This document shows positions 1 through 14,753 of a DNA stretch of 64,000 bases, piece by piece. Made by a program: the position numbers and the translations under genes. How positions within the stretch are numbered: the stretch's first letter is position 1; every line of letters starts with the position of its first letter. Origin of the DNA: the human T2T-CHM13v2.0 reference genome, Homo sapiens. The stretch lies in contig CP068257.2 in the NCBI GenBank assembly GCA_009914755.4, forward strand, positions 5,920,001 through 5,984,000, in the 5' to 3' direction. Below the pieces are notes generated by a model. That model had not been told where the DNA came from. It made no database searches and saw only the letters and a program-made list of their open reading frames with translations.

Positions 1-3000
1 ATTCCACTCCATTCCAAAGCATTCCATTTCATGGAATTCCATTCCATTTCATGGAATTCCATTCCATTCCACTCCATTCCAAAGCATTCCATTCCACGGA
101 ATTCCATTCCATTCCATGGAATTCATAACATTACATGGAATTCCATTCCATTCCATGGAATTCCATTACATTCCACTCCTCTCCATTCCATTACATTCCA
201 CTCCTCTCCTTTCCATTACATTCCACTCCTCTCTATTCCATTACATTCCACTCCTCTCCATTCCATTCCACTCCAGTGCACTCTATTCCACTCCATTCCA
301 CTAAATTCCCTTCCATTCCATTCCATTCCTTTCCATTCCATTCCACCCCATTCCATTTCTCTCTTCTACATTCCATTGCCTCCTGATCCATTCCATTCCA
401 TTCCATTCCACTCCATTCCATTCCATTCCATTGAATTCCATTCCATTCCCCTCCACTCGTTTCCATTCTATTTCACTCCATTCCATTCCATTCCATTCCA
501 TTCTATTGTACTCCACACAATTCCATTCCACTCCAACCCACTCCATTCCATTCAATTCCATTTCACTCTATTCCATTCCATTCCATTCCACCCCATTCCA
601 TTCCATTCTACTACAATTCTTTCCAATTTTTTCCACTCCACTCTATTCCTCTCCATTCCATTCCACTCCACTCCTTTCCATTCCATTCATCCCCATTCGA
701 TTCCAATCCGTTCCATTTCAGTCCACTTCACTCCATTCCACTCCACTCCACTCCACTCTGCTCCATTCCACACCTTTCTATTGCATTCTATTCCATTCCA
801 TTACACTCCATTCCATTAGATTCCACTTCTTTCCGTTCCATTCCATTCCATTCTATACCATTCCATTCCACTGCATTCCTTTCCATTATATTCCAATCCA
901 CGCCATTCCACGCCATTGCCTTCCATTCCATTCCATTCTACTACACTAAATTCCATTTCATTCCACTCGACCCCACTAAACTCCACTCCATTCCATTCCA
1001 TTCCATTCCATTCCATTCCATTACCTTAAACACCAGTGAGTTCCATTCCACTCGACCCGACTCCATTCCATTCCATTCCATTCCATTCCATTCCATTCCA
1101 TTCCATTTCATTATATTCCATTCCATTCCACTCCTTTCTGTTCCATTGCACTACATTCCATTCCAACCTACTCCACTCCACTACTTTCCACTCCATTAAA
1201 TTCCACTCCACTCCACTCCTCTCCTGTCCATTCCATTCCATTTTATTCCATTGCATTCCATTCCACTACACTACACTCCATTTCAGTCCAATCCGTTCCA
1301 TTCCATTCCACTCCACTCCATTCCATTCCATTCCACTCCACTATACTCCACTGCACTCTATTCCATTCCATTCCACTACAATCCACTGCACTCCATTCTA
1401 CTCCATTCCATTCCATTCCATGCCACTCCATTGCTTTCTATGCCATTCCGTTCCATTTCACTTCACTGCACTCCATTCCACTCGATTCCTCTCAATTCCA
1501 TTCCTTTCCATTCCATTCCTTCGAACTCCACTCCTGTCCGTTCTTTGAATTGCATTCCACTCCATTTCATTCCATTCCATTTCACTTCACTCGACCCCAT
1601 TCCACACCATTCCTCTCCAATTCATTCCTTTGAAATCGATTCCATTCCACTGCATTCCATTCCAATACACTCAATTCTATTGTGTTCCATTCCCCACCAG
1701 TAATTGAACTCCATTCCATTACACTCCACTCCCCTCCTCTCCATTTCATTCCATTCCTTTCCGCTCCACTCCATTCCATTCCACTCCACTTCCCTCTTCT
1801 CAATTCCATTCCGCTCCACTCCCCTCCTCTCCATTCCATTCCATTTGTTTCCATTCCATCCCACTCCACTTCATTTATTTCCATTCCACTCCATTATGTT
1901 TCCTTCTATTCCACTCCACTGCATTCTCCTCCATTCCATTCCACTCCACCCCCCTCCTCTCTACTGCATTTCATTTCATTCCATTCCATTAACCTCCACT
2001 CCTTTCCATTCCTTTCCACTCCTCTCCTTTCCATTCCTTTCCTTTCCATTCCATTCCATTCCATTCCGTTCTGTTCTGTTTAATTCCATTCTATTTCATT
2101 CCATGCCTCTCCACTGTATTCCATTCCACTCCACTCCATTCCACTCCATTACTCTCTATTTCCTTACAATCCACTCCCCTCCTTTATATTCCATTCATCT
2201 CCATTCCATTCCATTTCATACCATTCCTTCCCATTCCTTTCCACTCCTCTCTTTCACATACCATTCTAGTCCATTCCATTCCATTCCATTGCATTCCTTT
2301 CCATTCAATTCCAATCCATTCCATTCCATTCCATTGCATGGAATTCCATTGCATGGAATTCCATTCCATTCCCCTCTACTGCATTGCATTTCATTCCACT
2401 CCTCTCCATTCAACTACCTTCCCTTACATTCCATTCCATTCGATTCCATTCAATTCCACTCCACTCCATTCCATTTCATTCCACTGAATCCCCCTCCACT
2501 GCACTCCACTCCACTCCATTCCATTCCTCTCCATTCTCTTCCACTCTACTCATATCTATTCCTCTCTAACCGACTCCATTGCATTCCATTTCATGCAATT
2601 CAATTCCATTCCATTCCATGCAATTCAATTTTATTCTATTCCATTCCACTCCTTTCCGTTCTTTTCCACTTCATTCCATTCCAATCTACTCGACTCCGCT
2701 ATATTAGACTCCATTAAATTACACTCCACTCCCCTCCTCTCCTTTCTGTTCCATTCCATTCTATTGCATTCCATTCCAATGCACTGCACTCCATTTCAAT
2801 CCACTCCCATCCATTCCATTCCATTCCATTCCATTCCATTCCATTCCTTTCCTTTCCATTCCATTCCATTCTTTTCTATTCCATTCCATTCCATTTCATT
2901 CCTTTCCATTCCATTCCATTGAAATCCTTTCCATTCCACTCCACTCCATTTCATTCCATTTCACTCGAACGCACTCCGTTCCATTCTATTCCACTCCACA

Positions 3001-6000
3001 CAATTCCATTCCACTCCTACACCCTCTATTCCATTCAATTCCATTTCATTCTATTCCATTCCATTCCATTCCATTCCAATCCTTTCCATCCCATTCCACT
3101 GCATTCCATTCCAATCCACTCCACTCCACTATGTTCCACTCCATTCCATTCCACTCCACTCCACTCCATCCACTCCATTCCATTCGATTCCATTCCCCTC
3201 CACTGCAGTGCATTCAATTCGACTAGACTCCACTCCACTCCATTCCACTGCATTCCACTCCATTCCCTTCCATACCATTCCTCCCCGTTCCATTCCATTC
3301 CAATCCAATCCATTCCATTTCAGTCCTCTCCACTCAATTCCACTCCACTGCACTCCACTCCATTACACTCCATTCCATTGAATTTCATTCCATTCCATTC
3401 CACTCCATTCCTGTAGGTTCCACTCCACTCCATTCCATTCCATTCCACTCCATTCTGTTCCATTAAATTCCACTCCAGTCCATTCCACTCTATTCCATTC
3501 CTTTCCATTCCACTCTACTCCATTCCATTTCATTCCACTGGACGCCACTCCACTCCACCCCACTCCATTCCATTCCATTATCGTCCTCTCCACTCAAATC
3601 CATTCCTCTCCACCCAACTCTATTGCATTTCATTTCATTCCATTCATTTCCATTCCATTGCATTCCATTCCAATCCTTTCCGTTCCATTCCACTACATTC
3701 CATTCCAGTCTACTCCACTCTGTTACATTCCACTGCATTAAATTCCACTCCACTCCCCTACTCTCCTTTCCATTCCATTCCATTGAATTTCATTGCGTTC
3801 CATATCACTGCACTCCACACCATTTCACTCCACTCAATTCCATTCCATTCCATTCCATTCCATTCCATTCCACTCCACTCCCTTCCGTTCCCTTCCCTTC
3901 CATTCCATTCCATTGAATTCCTTTCCATTCCACACCACTCCATTCCATTCCTTTTCACTCGACCCCACTGCATTCCATTCCGTTGCATTCTATTCCCCTC
4001 CATACAATTCCATTCCACTCCACCACCCTCTGTTCCATTCAATTCCATTTCAATCTATACCATTCCATTCCATTCCATTCCAATACTTTGCATCACATTC
4101 CACTGCATTTCATTCCAATCCACTCCACTCCACTATATTGCACTCCATTCCATTTCACTTCACTCCACTCCACCCACTCCATTGCATTCCATTCCATTGC
4201 CCTCCACTGCACTCCACTGCACTCTGTTCCATTCTACTCCACTCCACTCCACTCATTTCCACTCCATTCCTCCCCATTCCATTCCATTACATTCCAATCC
4301 ATTCCGTTTCAGTCCACTTCACTCCATTCCACTCCATTCTGTTGAATTCCATTCCATTCCATTCCACACCATTCCATTAGATTCCACTGCACTCCATTCC
4401 ATTCCATTCCATTCCACTCCATTCCTTTCCATTAAATTCCACTCCACTCCATTCTACTCCATTCCAGACCATTCCATTCCACACCACTCTACTCCATTCC
4501 AATCCATTCCGTTTTCATCCACTCCACTCAAGTCCATTACTCTCCACCTGACTAGATTGCAATTCAATTCATTCCATTAAATTCCATTCCATTCCCTTCC
4601 ACTTCTTTCCCTTCTATACCACTGCATTCCATTCCAATCTACTCCACTCTGCTACATTCCACTGCATTAAATTCCACTCCACTCTCCTCCTCTCCTTTCC
4701 ATTCCATTCCATTCGGTTCCATTGCATTCCATTCCACTGCACTCCAATCCATTTCCCTCCACTCCATTCCATTCCACTCCCCTCCATTCCATTCCACTGC
4801 ACTATACTCCACTCCACTTCATTCCATTCCATTCCATTCCACTCCACTCCACCCCAGCCCACACAATTCCACTACGTTCCATTCTTTCCATCCAAATCCA
4901 TTCCATTCTATTCCATTGCATTCCATTACTTTTCATTTCCCTCCACTTCTCTGCATTCCACTACACTCCACTTTTCCATTCCATTCCATTCCATTCCACT
5001 ACACTAAAATAAACCATTCCACTCCACCACACTCCACTCTATTCCACTCTATTCCATTCCATTCCTTTCCATTCCATTCCATTCCATTCCCTTAAATTCC
5101 TTTCCACTCCTCTCTATTTCATTGAATTCCATTCCATTCCATTCCATTCCATTGCACTGCACTTCAATCCACTCCATTCCGTTCCACTCCATCCCAGTTC
5201 ACTCCACTCCCCTCCATTCCATTCCATTCCATTCCAATTCACTCCATTCCATTAAAGTCGACTCCATTCCATTCCATTCCGTTCTAATCTATTCCAATCC
5301 ACTCCATTTCATTCCACTCCACTGAATCCCTTTCCATTCCATTCCACTCCACTCAGTCCACTCCATTCCATTACACTCCACTCCCCTCCTCTACTTTCAA
5401 TTGCACTCCATTCCCTTCCGTTCCACTCCACTCTATTACATTCCACTCCATTCCCCTATTGTCCATTGCATTCCATTTTATTCCATTCCATTCCATTCCA
5501 CTCCACTTCTTTCTATTCCATTGCACTCCACTCCCCTCCATTTCACTCCATTCCATTCCTTTCCATTCCATTCCACTCCCATCCACTAGTCCCCACTCCT
5601 CTCCCCTCCTCTGCATTCCATTCCGTTTCACCACATTCCATACCACTCCATTCCACTCGACTACATTCCGTTCCATTCCACTCCAATCCATTCCATTCCA
5701 TTCATCTCCCCTCCATTCCACTGCATTCCATTCCACTCCTCTCCACTCCATCCCATTCCACTCCAGTCCATTCCATTCCATTCCACTCTATTCCATTCCA
5801 CTCCATTCCACTGAACGCCACTCCATTCCATTCCATTCCAGCCCAATCCCCTCCTCCGCAATCCATTCCATCCCATTCCGTTCCATTCCATTCCATTACA
5901 TTCCATTCCATTCCACCGCTGTCTATTCCATTCCATTCCACTCTACTCCATTCCATTCCAATCCACTCAAATCCTCTCATCTCCTTTCCAATCCACTACA

Positions 6001-9000
6001 TTCCATTCCACTGCATACCATTGCATCACATTGCACTGCAATCCATTCTATGCCATTCCATTCTATTCTTTCCACTCCACTCCCCTCCTTTACATTCCTT
6101 TCCACTCCATTCCATTCCATTCCACTCCACTCCAAACCATAGCATTCCACTCCACTCCAATCAATTCTACTCCCTTCCATTCCTGTCCATTCCATTACAC
6201 TGCATTCCATTCCACTGCATTCCGTGCCATTCCCTTCCTCTCCATTCCATTCGACTCCATTCCATTCCATTCCATTACAGTCCTTTCCATTCCATTCCAC
6301 TACATTCCTCTCCAGTCCACTCCACTGCATTCCATTCCTTTCTATTTCTTTCCATTCCATTCCATGCCGTTCCATTCCATTGAATTACATTCCACTCGAA
6401 CGCAATCCACTCCAGTCCACTCCATTCCATTCCGTACCATTCCATTCTACTCTACTCCATTCCATTCCATTCCAATCTACTCCATTTCACCCCACTCTTT
6501 TCCACTCCACTCAACTCCATTCTGTTCCACTCCAATCCATTCCACTTCTTACCATTCCACTCCACTCTGTTCCTTTCCATTCCATTCCAGTCCACTCCAT
6601 TCCACGCCATTCCACTCGATTCCATTCCACTCCACTCTCCTCCTTTACATTCCATTCTACTCTATTCCGTTCCATTCCATTCCATTCCATCAAATAGAAT
6701 TCCATTCCATTCCACTCCACTCCATTCTATTCCATTCCATTCGACTCCAGTCTTTTCCATTCCATGCAATTGCACTCCAATCCCCTCATTTCCATTCCAT
6801 TCCCTTACATTACAATAAATTCCATTCCTTTCCATTCCATTCCATTCCATTAAGCTCCACTCTTCTCCATTCCATTCCACTCCATTTTATTACATTGCTT
6901 TCCATTTCGTTCCATTCCATTCCACTCCATTCCGTTCCATTCCATTCCACTCCATTCCATTCCATTCCATCACACTCCACTCCTCTCCATTCCATTACAC
7001 TCCATTCCATTCCATTCCATTCAATTGCATTCCATTCCATTCCAATTCACTCCATTCCATTGCATTCCATTACGCTCAAATCCTTTCCACTCCATTCCAC
7101 TCCATTCCATTCCACTTTAATCCATTGTGTTCCCATCCACTCAACGCCACTCCACTCCCCTCTAGTCTATTCCAATCCATTCCATTCTCTTCTATTCCAC
7201 ACAATTCCATTCCACTCCTCCCCATCCATTCCATTCACTTTCGTTACATTCTATTCCATTCAACTCCTTTCCATTCCATTTCATTACATTCCATTCCAAT
7301 TCACTCCACTCCACTACATTCCACACCATTCCATTACACTCCATGCCACTTCCCTCCTCTACATTCCATTCCATTTCATTCAATTCCACTACAATCCCCT
7401 CCAATCCTCTCCACTCCTTTCAATTTCATTGCATTCCATTCCAATCCGTTCCATTCCACTCCACTCCATTCCATTCCACTTCATTCCACTCCATTCCACT
7501 TGACTCCACCCCATTCCATTCCACTCCACTCCAATCCAGTCCACTCCACTCCATTCCATTGCAATCCATTCCATTCCTTTCCATTCCATTTCCAATCCTT
7601 TCCATTCCATTCCACTCCACTCCATTCCATTCCATTCCATTTCATTGCATTCCACTCCATTCCATTCCTTTCCATTCCGTTAAACTCCATTCCATTCCAT
7701 TACATTCCACTCCACTCCCCTCCCCTCCATTGCATACCACTCCATTCCATTCCATTGCATTGCTTTCCATTCCATTCCAATCCCCTCCACTCCATTCCAT
7801 TCCATTCCAATCCATTCCATTCCAATCCATTCCATTCCATTCCATTCCTCTCCAATACATTCCAATGCAATCCTCTCCATTCCATTCCATTCCATTCCAT
7901 ACCACTACAGTTCGTTCCATTCCATACGACTCCATTACAATCCAATACATTCCATTGCATTCCATGCCATTCCATTCCAGTCCACTATATTCCATTACAT
8001 TCCATTCCACTCCACTCCATTCCACTCCTCTCCATTCCACTCCATTCCAATCCACTCAGCTCCATTCCATTCCCCTCATTTCCCGTAAACTCCTTACCAT
8101 TCCAATCCACTCTATTCCATTACATTCTACTTCAATCCATTCCACTCTATTCCACTCCATTCCGTTCCACTCCACTCCCCTCCTTTACATTCTTTTCCAC
8201 TCCATTCCATTCCATTCCATTTTCTTCCATTCCATTCCATCCCATTCCCATCCACTCCACTCTATTGCTTTCCATTCCACTCCACTCCATTCCATTCCAC
8301 CCCATTCCATTCCATTCCTTTCAACTGCAATCCATTCCCTTCCATTCCATTCCATTAAATTACATTCCATTCCAATGCACTCAATTCCATTCCACTGCAA
8401 TCCACTCCATTCTATTCCATTTCATTCCGTTCCATTCCATTCCGTTCCTTTACATTCCATTCCAATCCATTCGATTCCATTCCACTACTTTCCATTCCAT
8501 TCCATTCCATTCCACTCTACTACATTTCTCTCCATTCCATTCCACTCCACTCCCATCCACTCCATTTCTTTCCATTCCATCTCACTCCACTCCATTCCAC
8601 TCCATTCCTTTCCATTCCCTTTCATTCCATTCCATTCCATTCTACTTCTCTAAATCATTTAAATTCCACTCCACTCCAGTCCACTCCAATCCACTTTATT
8701 CCATTCCTTTCCATTCCATTACGTTCCATTACACTCCATTCCATTCCATTCCAGTCTACTTCATTGCATTTGATTCCGCTCCATTCCATTCCAATCCACT
8801 GCACTCCTCTCCATTCCATTCCATTCCATTCCATTCCATTCCATTCCATTCCATTCCATTCTCTTCCATTGCATTCCACTCCACTACATTCCACTCCATT
8901 CCACTCCCCTCAGCTCCATTCCATTCCTTTCTGTCCGTTAAACTCCATACAATTCCACTCCACTTTATTCCATTACATTCTACTCCGATCCAATCCACTC

Positions 9001-11399
9001 CATTCCACTCCATTCCATTCCACTCCACTCCCCTCCTTTACATTCCATTCCACTCCATTCCATTCCATTCCACTACATTCCATTCCAATCCAATCCACTC
9101 CACTACGTTCCACTCCATTCCATTCCACTCCACTCCCCTCCTCTCCATTCCATTCCATTCCATCTCACTCCATTCCATTCCACTCTGTTCCATTCCATTC
9201 CATTCTGTTCCATTATATTCCATTCCTTTCCATTCCATTCCATTCCATTCCATTCCATTCCATTACATTCCACTTCTCAAAATCATTGAAATTCTACTCC
9301 ACTCCACTCCATTCCATTCCATTTATCTCCATTCCATTCCATTCCATTCCACTCCTCTGCATTCTTTCCCTTCCATTCCACTTCACTCCGTTCCATTCTA
9401 TTCCACTTCATTCCATTCCAATCCATTGCATTCCGCTCCATTCCATTCCATTTCATTCCACTCCACTCTTTTCCTCACTATTCCATTCCATTCCCTTCCA
9501 TTCCATTCCAATCCATTCCACTCCACTCCACTCCATTCCAATCCACTCCACGGCATTTCATTCCATTCCACTCTACTCCAGTCCACTCCATCCTAATCCA
9601 CTCCACTCCATTCCACTCCTTTCCTTTCCATCACATTCCATTCAATTCCACTGCATTCCATTCAATTACTTTCCATTTTATTAAATTCCATTCCTTTCCA
9701 TTCCACTCCACTCCATCTCTTTCCATTCCATTTCATTCGAATCCAATCCACTCCATTACATTTCATTACACTCCATTACACTCCCTTCCATTCCATTCCA
9801 TTCCATTCCCTTGCATTCCATTCCATTCCATTCCATTCCACTCCATTCCCTTGCATTCCATTCCATTCCATTCCATTCCACTCCATTCCCTTGCATTCCA
9901 TTCCATTCCATTCCATTCCACTACACACCCTTTCCATACCACTCTATTCCAATCCACTCCATTCCATTCCATCCACTACACTCCATTCCATTCCATTCCA
10001 TTCCACTCTACTCCATTCCACTCCACTCTATTCCAATGCCCTCAAATCCATTCCATTGCCCTACATTCCATTCCACTCCACCATTCCACTCCACTCCATT
10101 CCATTTCATTCCATTCAACTCATATCCATTCCACGCCATTCCACTCCACTCCATTCGAATCCACTCCCCTCTTTACATTCCTTTCCACGCCATTCCATTC
10201 TTTCTATTCCATTCCATTCCAAAAAATTCCTTTCCATTCCCCTAATCTCCATTCCATTGCTTTCCACAGCATATCATTCCACTCCATTCCATTGCTTTCC
10301 ACTGCTTTCCATTCCACTCCATTCTATTGCAATCATTTACATTCCATTCCATTCCATTCCATTCCATTCCATTCCATTCCTTTCCATTTGATTCCATTCC
10401 TCTCCATTACATTCAACTCCACTCCATTCCATTCAATTCCATTCCATTGCATTCCATTCCTTTGAATTCCATTCCATTCCACTCCACTCCATTCCATTCC
10501 ATACCACTCACTCCCACTCCACTCTACTCCACTCAATTCCATTCCATTCCACAATATTCCACTCCCCTCAATTCCATTCCACTCCACGCCAGTCCACTCC
10601 ATTGCATTCCATTCCATTTCATTCCATTCCATTCCATTTCTTTCCACTACTTTCCATTCCATTCCACTAAATTCCATTGCAATCCACTCAACTACACTAC
10701 ATTCCACTCCTTTCCATTCCACTCCACTCTCCTCCTCTCCATTCCATTCCTTTCCATTCCATTCCATTCCCTTCCATTGCACTATACTCCCCTCCATTCC
10801 AATCCAATCCACAACACTCTATTCCACTCCATTCCACTCCAACCCATTCCATTCCATTTGGTGACATTGCTCTCCTTTCCTTTCCACTCCAATCCATTCC
10901 GTATCACTTCACTACACTCCTTTATACTCTCCTCCATTACATTCCATTTCATTCCAGTCCATTTCCTTTCGATTACATTCCTCTCCACTCCATTCCACTC
11001 TGTTCCATTCCACTCCATTCCCTTCTCTCCAGTGCATTCCATTCCGTTCCATTCCTTTCCATTCCATTCCATTCCATTTCAATCCCCTTCGTTCCATTCC
11101 ATTCCACTCCAATCCATTCCATTCCATTCCATTTCACTCCATTCCATTCCATTCCACTCCATTCGATTTGATTCGATTCCATTCCATTGCATTCCATTGC
11201 ATTGCATTGCATTCCATTCCATTCCATTCCATTCCATTCCACTCCAATCCATTCCATTTCACTCAATTCCATTCCCATCCGTTCCATTCCACTACACTCT
11301 CTCTTGAAATCCGTACCTTTCCACTCTTCTCCACTCCAATCCGTTTTCCCCATTCCATTCCATTCTATTCCCCTTCACTCCACTCCATTCGATCAACAC

Positions 11400-11797
11400 T
11401 ACTCCATTCCATTCCATTCCACTCCCCTCATTTCCATTTCATTCCATTCAATTCCATTGCATTCCTCTCCATTCCACTGCACTCCCTACCATTCCATTCC
11501 ATTCCAATCTATTCCCCTCCATTCCACTCCATTGGATTCCACTCTTGTCACCTCCATTCAACTCCATTCCACTCCATTCAATTCCTTTCCGTTCGATTCC
11601 ATTCCATTCCATTCCAATCCATTCCTTATTACTCCACTTGAATCCACTCCACTCCACTCCATTCCATTCCACTCCACTTCACTCCACTGCATTCTGCTCC
11701 ATTCCGTTGCATTCCATTCAAATCCATTCCACTCCATTCTATTAGATTCCTCTCCACTCCATTCCGTTACATTCCACTCCATTCCATTCCATTCCAT
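11400..11797. repeat. Near-identical duplicated block, copy A (~398 bp)
   Basis: Matches 31,630-32,027 base-for-base except for ~2 mismatches (11,422 and 11,765). An identical 74-aa - strand ORF ([20 protein letters not shown]...) occurs at 11,448-11,672 and 31,678-31,902. Confidence 0.85.
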
Positions 11798-14715
11798 TCA
11801 GCTCCACTCCATTTCACTCCATTGAATTTCATTCCAATCCCCTCCTCTGCATTCCATTCCATTCCAATCCATTCCATTCCATTCCATTCCCCTCCACTCC
11901 ATGCCATTCCATTCCACTCCATTCCATCCCATTCCATTCCATTCCGTTCCTATCCATTTCACTCCCATGCACTCCATTCCATTCCACTCCACTCCATTCC
12001 ATTCCATACCACTCCGTTCTACTACCCTCCATTCCATTCCAATCCATTCCATTACTATACTCCGTTCCATTTCATTCCTCTTCTCTGCATTCCACTCTAT
12101 TCCTTTCCACACCAATCCATTCCACTTCATTCCATTCCATTGCATTCCATTGCACTCCACTCCATTCCAGACCATTCCACTCCATTCCATTCCACTCCAC
12201 TCCCCTCCATGCCATACCATTCCATTCTTTTCCATTCCATTCCATTCCACAACACTACATTTCAGTCCATTTATCTCCATTCCATTCCACTCCATTCCAC
12301 TCCATTTGATTCAATTCCATTCTTTCCATTCCATTGATTTCAATAGTATTCCACTCCACTCCATTCCATTCCATTCCACTCCACTCCATTCCAATCCTTT
12401 CCATTTCTTTCAATTACAATCCACTCAAACCCACTCCACTCCCGTCCACTCCATTCCACTCAATTTTATTCCATTCCATTCCACTCCACACACTCCCTTC
12501 AATTCCTTTCCACTCCATTAAATTCCAGTGCACTACATTCCACTCCATTCCTCTCCAATCCATTGCATTACATTCCTTTAAACTCCCATCTGTTCCATTC
12601 CATTGCATTCAATTTCATTTTATTCAATTTCATTCCACTCCACCGCACTCCACTCGACTCCACTCCACTCTGCTCCACTCCACTCCATTCCATTCCTTTC
12701 TTTTCCATTCTATTCCACTCCAAACAATTCCGTTCCACTTAACACCACTCCATTCCATTCCATTCCATTCCATTCCACTCTTTTCAATTCCACTCCTTTC
12801 CTTTCAATTCCATTACACTCGATTCCAATCCAATTCACTCCACAACATTCCATTCCATTTCATTCCACTCCTCTTTACTACTCTCCTTTCCATTCTATTG
12901 CATTCCATTCGATTCCATTACATTCCACTCCGTTCCATTCCATTCCTTTCCATTCCACTCCGCTCCAATCCATTCTTCTCCACTCTATTCCACTCTGTTC
13001 CATTCCATTCCACTGCACTCCATTCCATTCCATTCCACTCCACTGAACTCCACTCCATTCCACTCCATTCCATTCCATTCCATTCCATTCCAGTGCATTC
13101 CATTGCATTCCACTCCATTCCATTCCACCCCAAACCCCTCCTCCCCAATCCATTCCATTCTGTTCCATTCCATTCCATTCCACTCCACTCCCTTCCATTC
13201 CACAACACTCCTTTGTATTCCATTAAATTCCATTCATACAACACACCTTTCCATTCCATACTACTCCATTCCACTCGACTCTATTCCACTGCAATCCAGT
13301 CTACTCCATTCCACTCCACTGCTTTCCACTCCACTCAACTCCATTCTATTCCACTCCAATCCATTCCAATCCATACCATTGCACTCCACTCATTTCCATT
13401 CCAATGCATTCCACTCCACTCGATTCCACGCCATTCCACTCAATTACATTCCACTCGACTCCCCTCCTTTACATTCCACTCCACTCCATTCCGTTGTATT
13501 CCATTCCATTCCATCAAATAGTATTCCATTCCATTCTACTCAACTTCATTCCACTCCATTCCACTCCATTCCATTCCAATCGTTTCCATTCCATTCCATT
13601 CCATTCTTTTCCACTCCACTCCATTCCATTCCATTCCACACCGCTCCATTCCATTCGATTCCATTGAATTCCATACCATTCCACTCTACTTCATTCCATT
13701 CAATTCCACTCGATCTCACTCCACTCCCCTCCACACCATTCCATTCCATTCTATTTCACGCCACTAAATTCCATTCCACTCCAACCCACTCCAATCCATT
13801 CCATTCCATACCAATCCATTCCATTCCATTCCATTCCCTTCCATTCCATTCCATTCCATTCCATTCCATTCCATTCCATTCCATTCTATTCCAGTCCTTT
13901 CCATTCCATTCCATTCCATTACTTTCTAATACACAATAATCCACTACATTCCACTCCATTCAATTCGATTCCACTCCCCTCCCCACCATTGCATTCCATT
14001 CCATTTCAATCCATTCCATTCCGTTCCAATCTTTTCCACTAAACTGCATTATTTCCGCTCCACTCCACTCTATTCCACTCCATTCCACTCCATCCAATTC
14101 CATTGCATTCCATTCCATTCCAGTCATCTCCATTCCATTCCACTCCATTTAGTACCATTCCATTCCATTCCACTCCATTCCATTCCACTCCACTTCCCTC
14201 CTCTCCATTCCATTCCTTTCCATTCTATTCCATTCCTTTCCATTCCCCTCCACTGCATTCCATTACATTCCATGCCACTCCATTTCTTTCCATTCCATTC
14301 CATTCCACTGCACTCCATTCCATTTCACACCACTCCATTCCATTCCATTCTATTCCACTGCACTCCATTCCATTCCATACCATTCCACTTCTCTCCACTC
14401 CACTCCATTCCACTAAATTCCATTCCATTCCGTTTCATTCCATTCCCTACCACTCCACAATATTCCATTCCTCTCCACTCCAATCCATTTCATTCTACTC
14501 CATTCAACTCCACTCCACTCCATTCCATTGCATTCCACTGCATTCCATGCCACACAACTCCCCTCCTTTCCAGTCCATTCCATTCCATTCAATTACCATC
14601 CACTCGACCGCACTCCACTCCACTCAATTCTATTCCATTCCATACCATTCCATTCCTTTCCATTCCATTTCATTTCATTCCACTTCACTCAACTCCATTC
14701 CACTCCACTCCACTC

Positions 14716-14753
14716 CATTCCATTCATTAATTCATTCATTCATTCATTCATTC
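14716..14753. repeat. (ATTC)n / (TCAT)n tetranucleotide island (~8 units) embedded in the pentamer array
   Basis: 'cattcattaattcattcattcattcattcattcattcc'. Confidence 0.8.

Noticed and set aside
40-60. Strand switch or inversion at GGAATTCC sites
   Set aside because: TGGAATTCCA is a self-complementary variant within a single unit. Orientation of flanking CATTC units is unchanged on both sides. No inversion breakpoints were seen anywhere.
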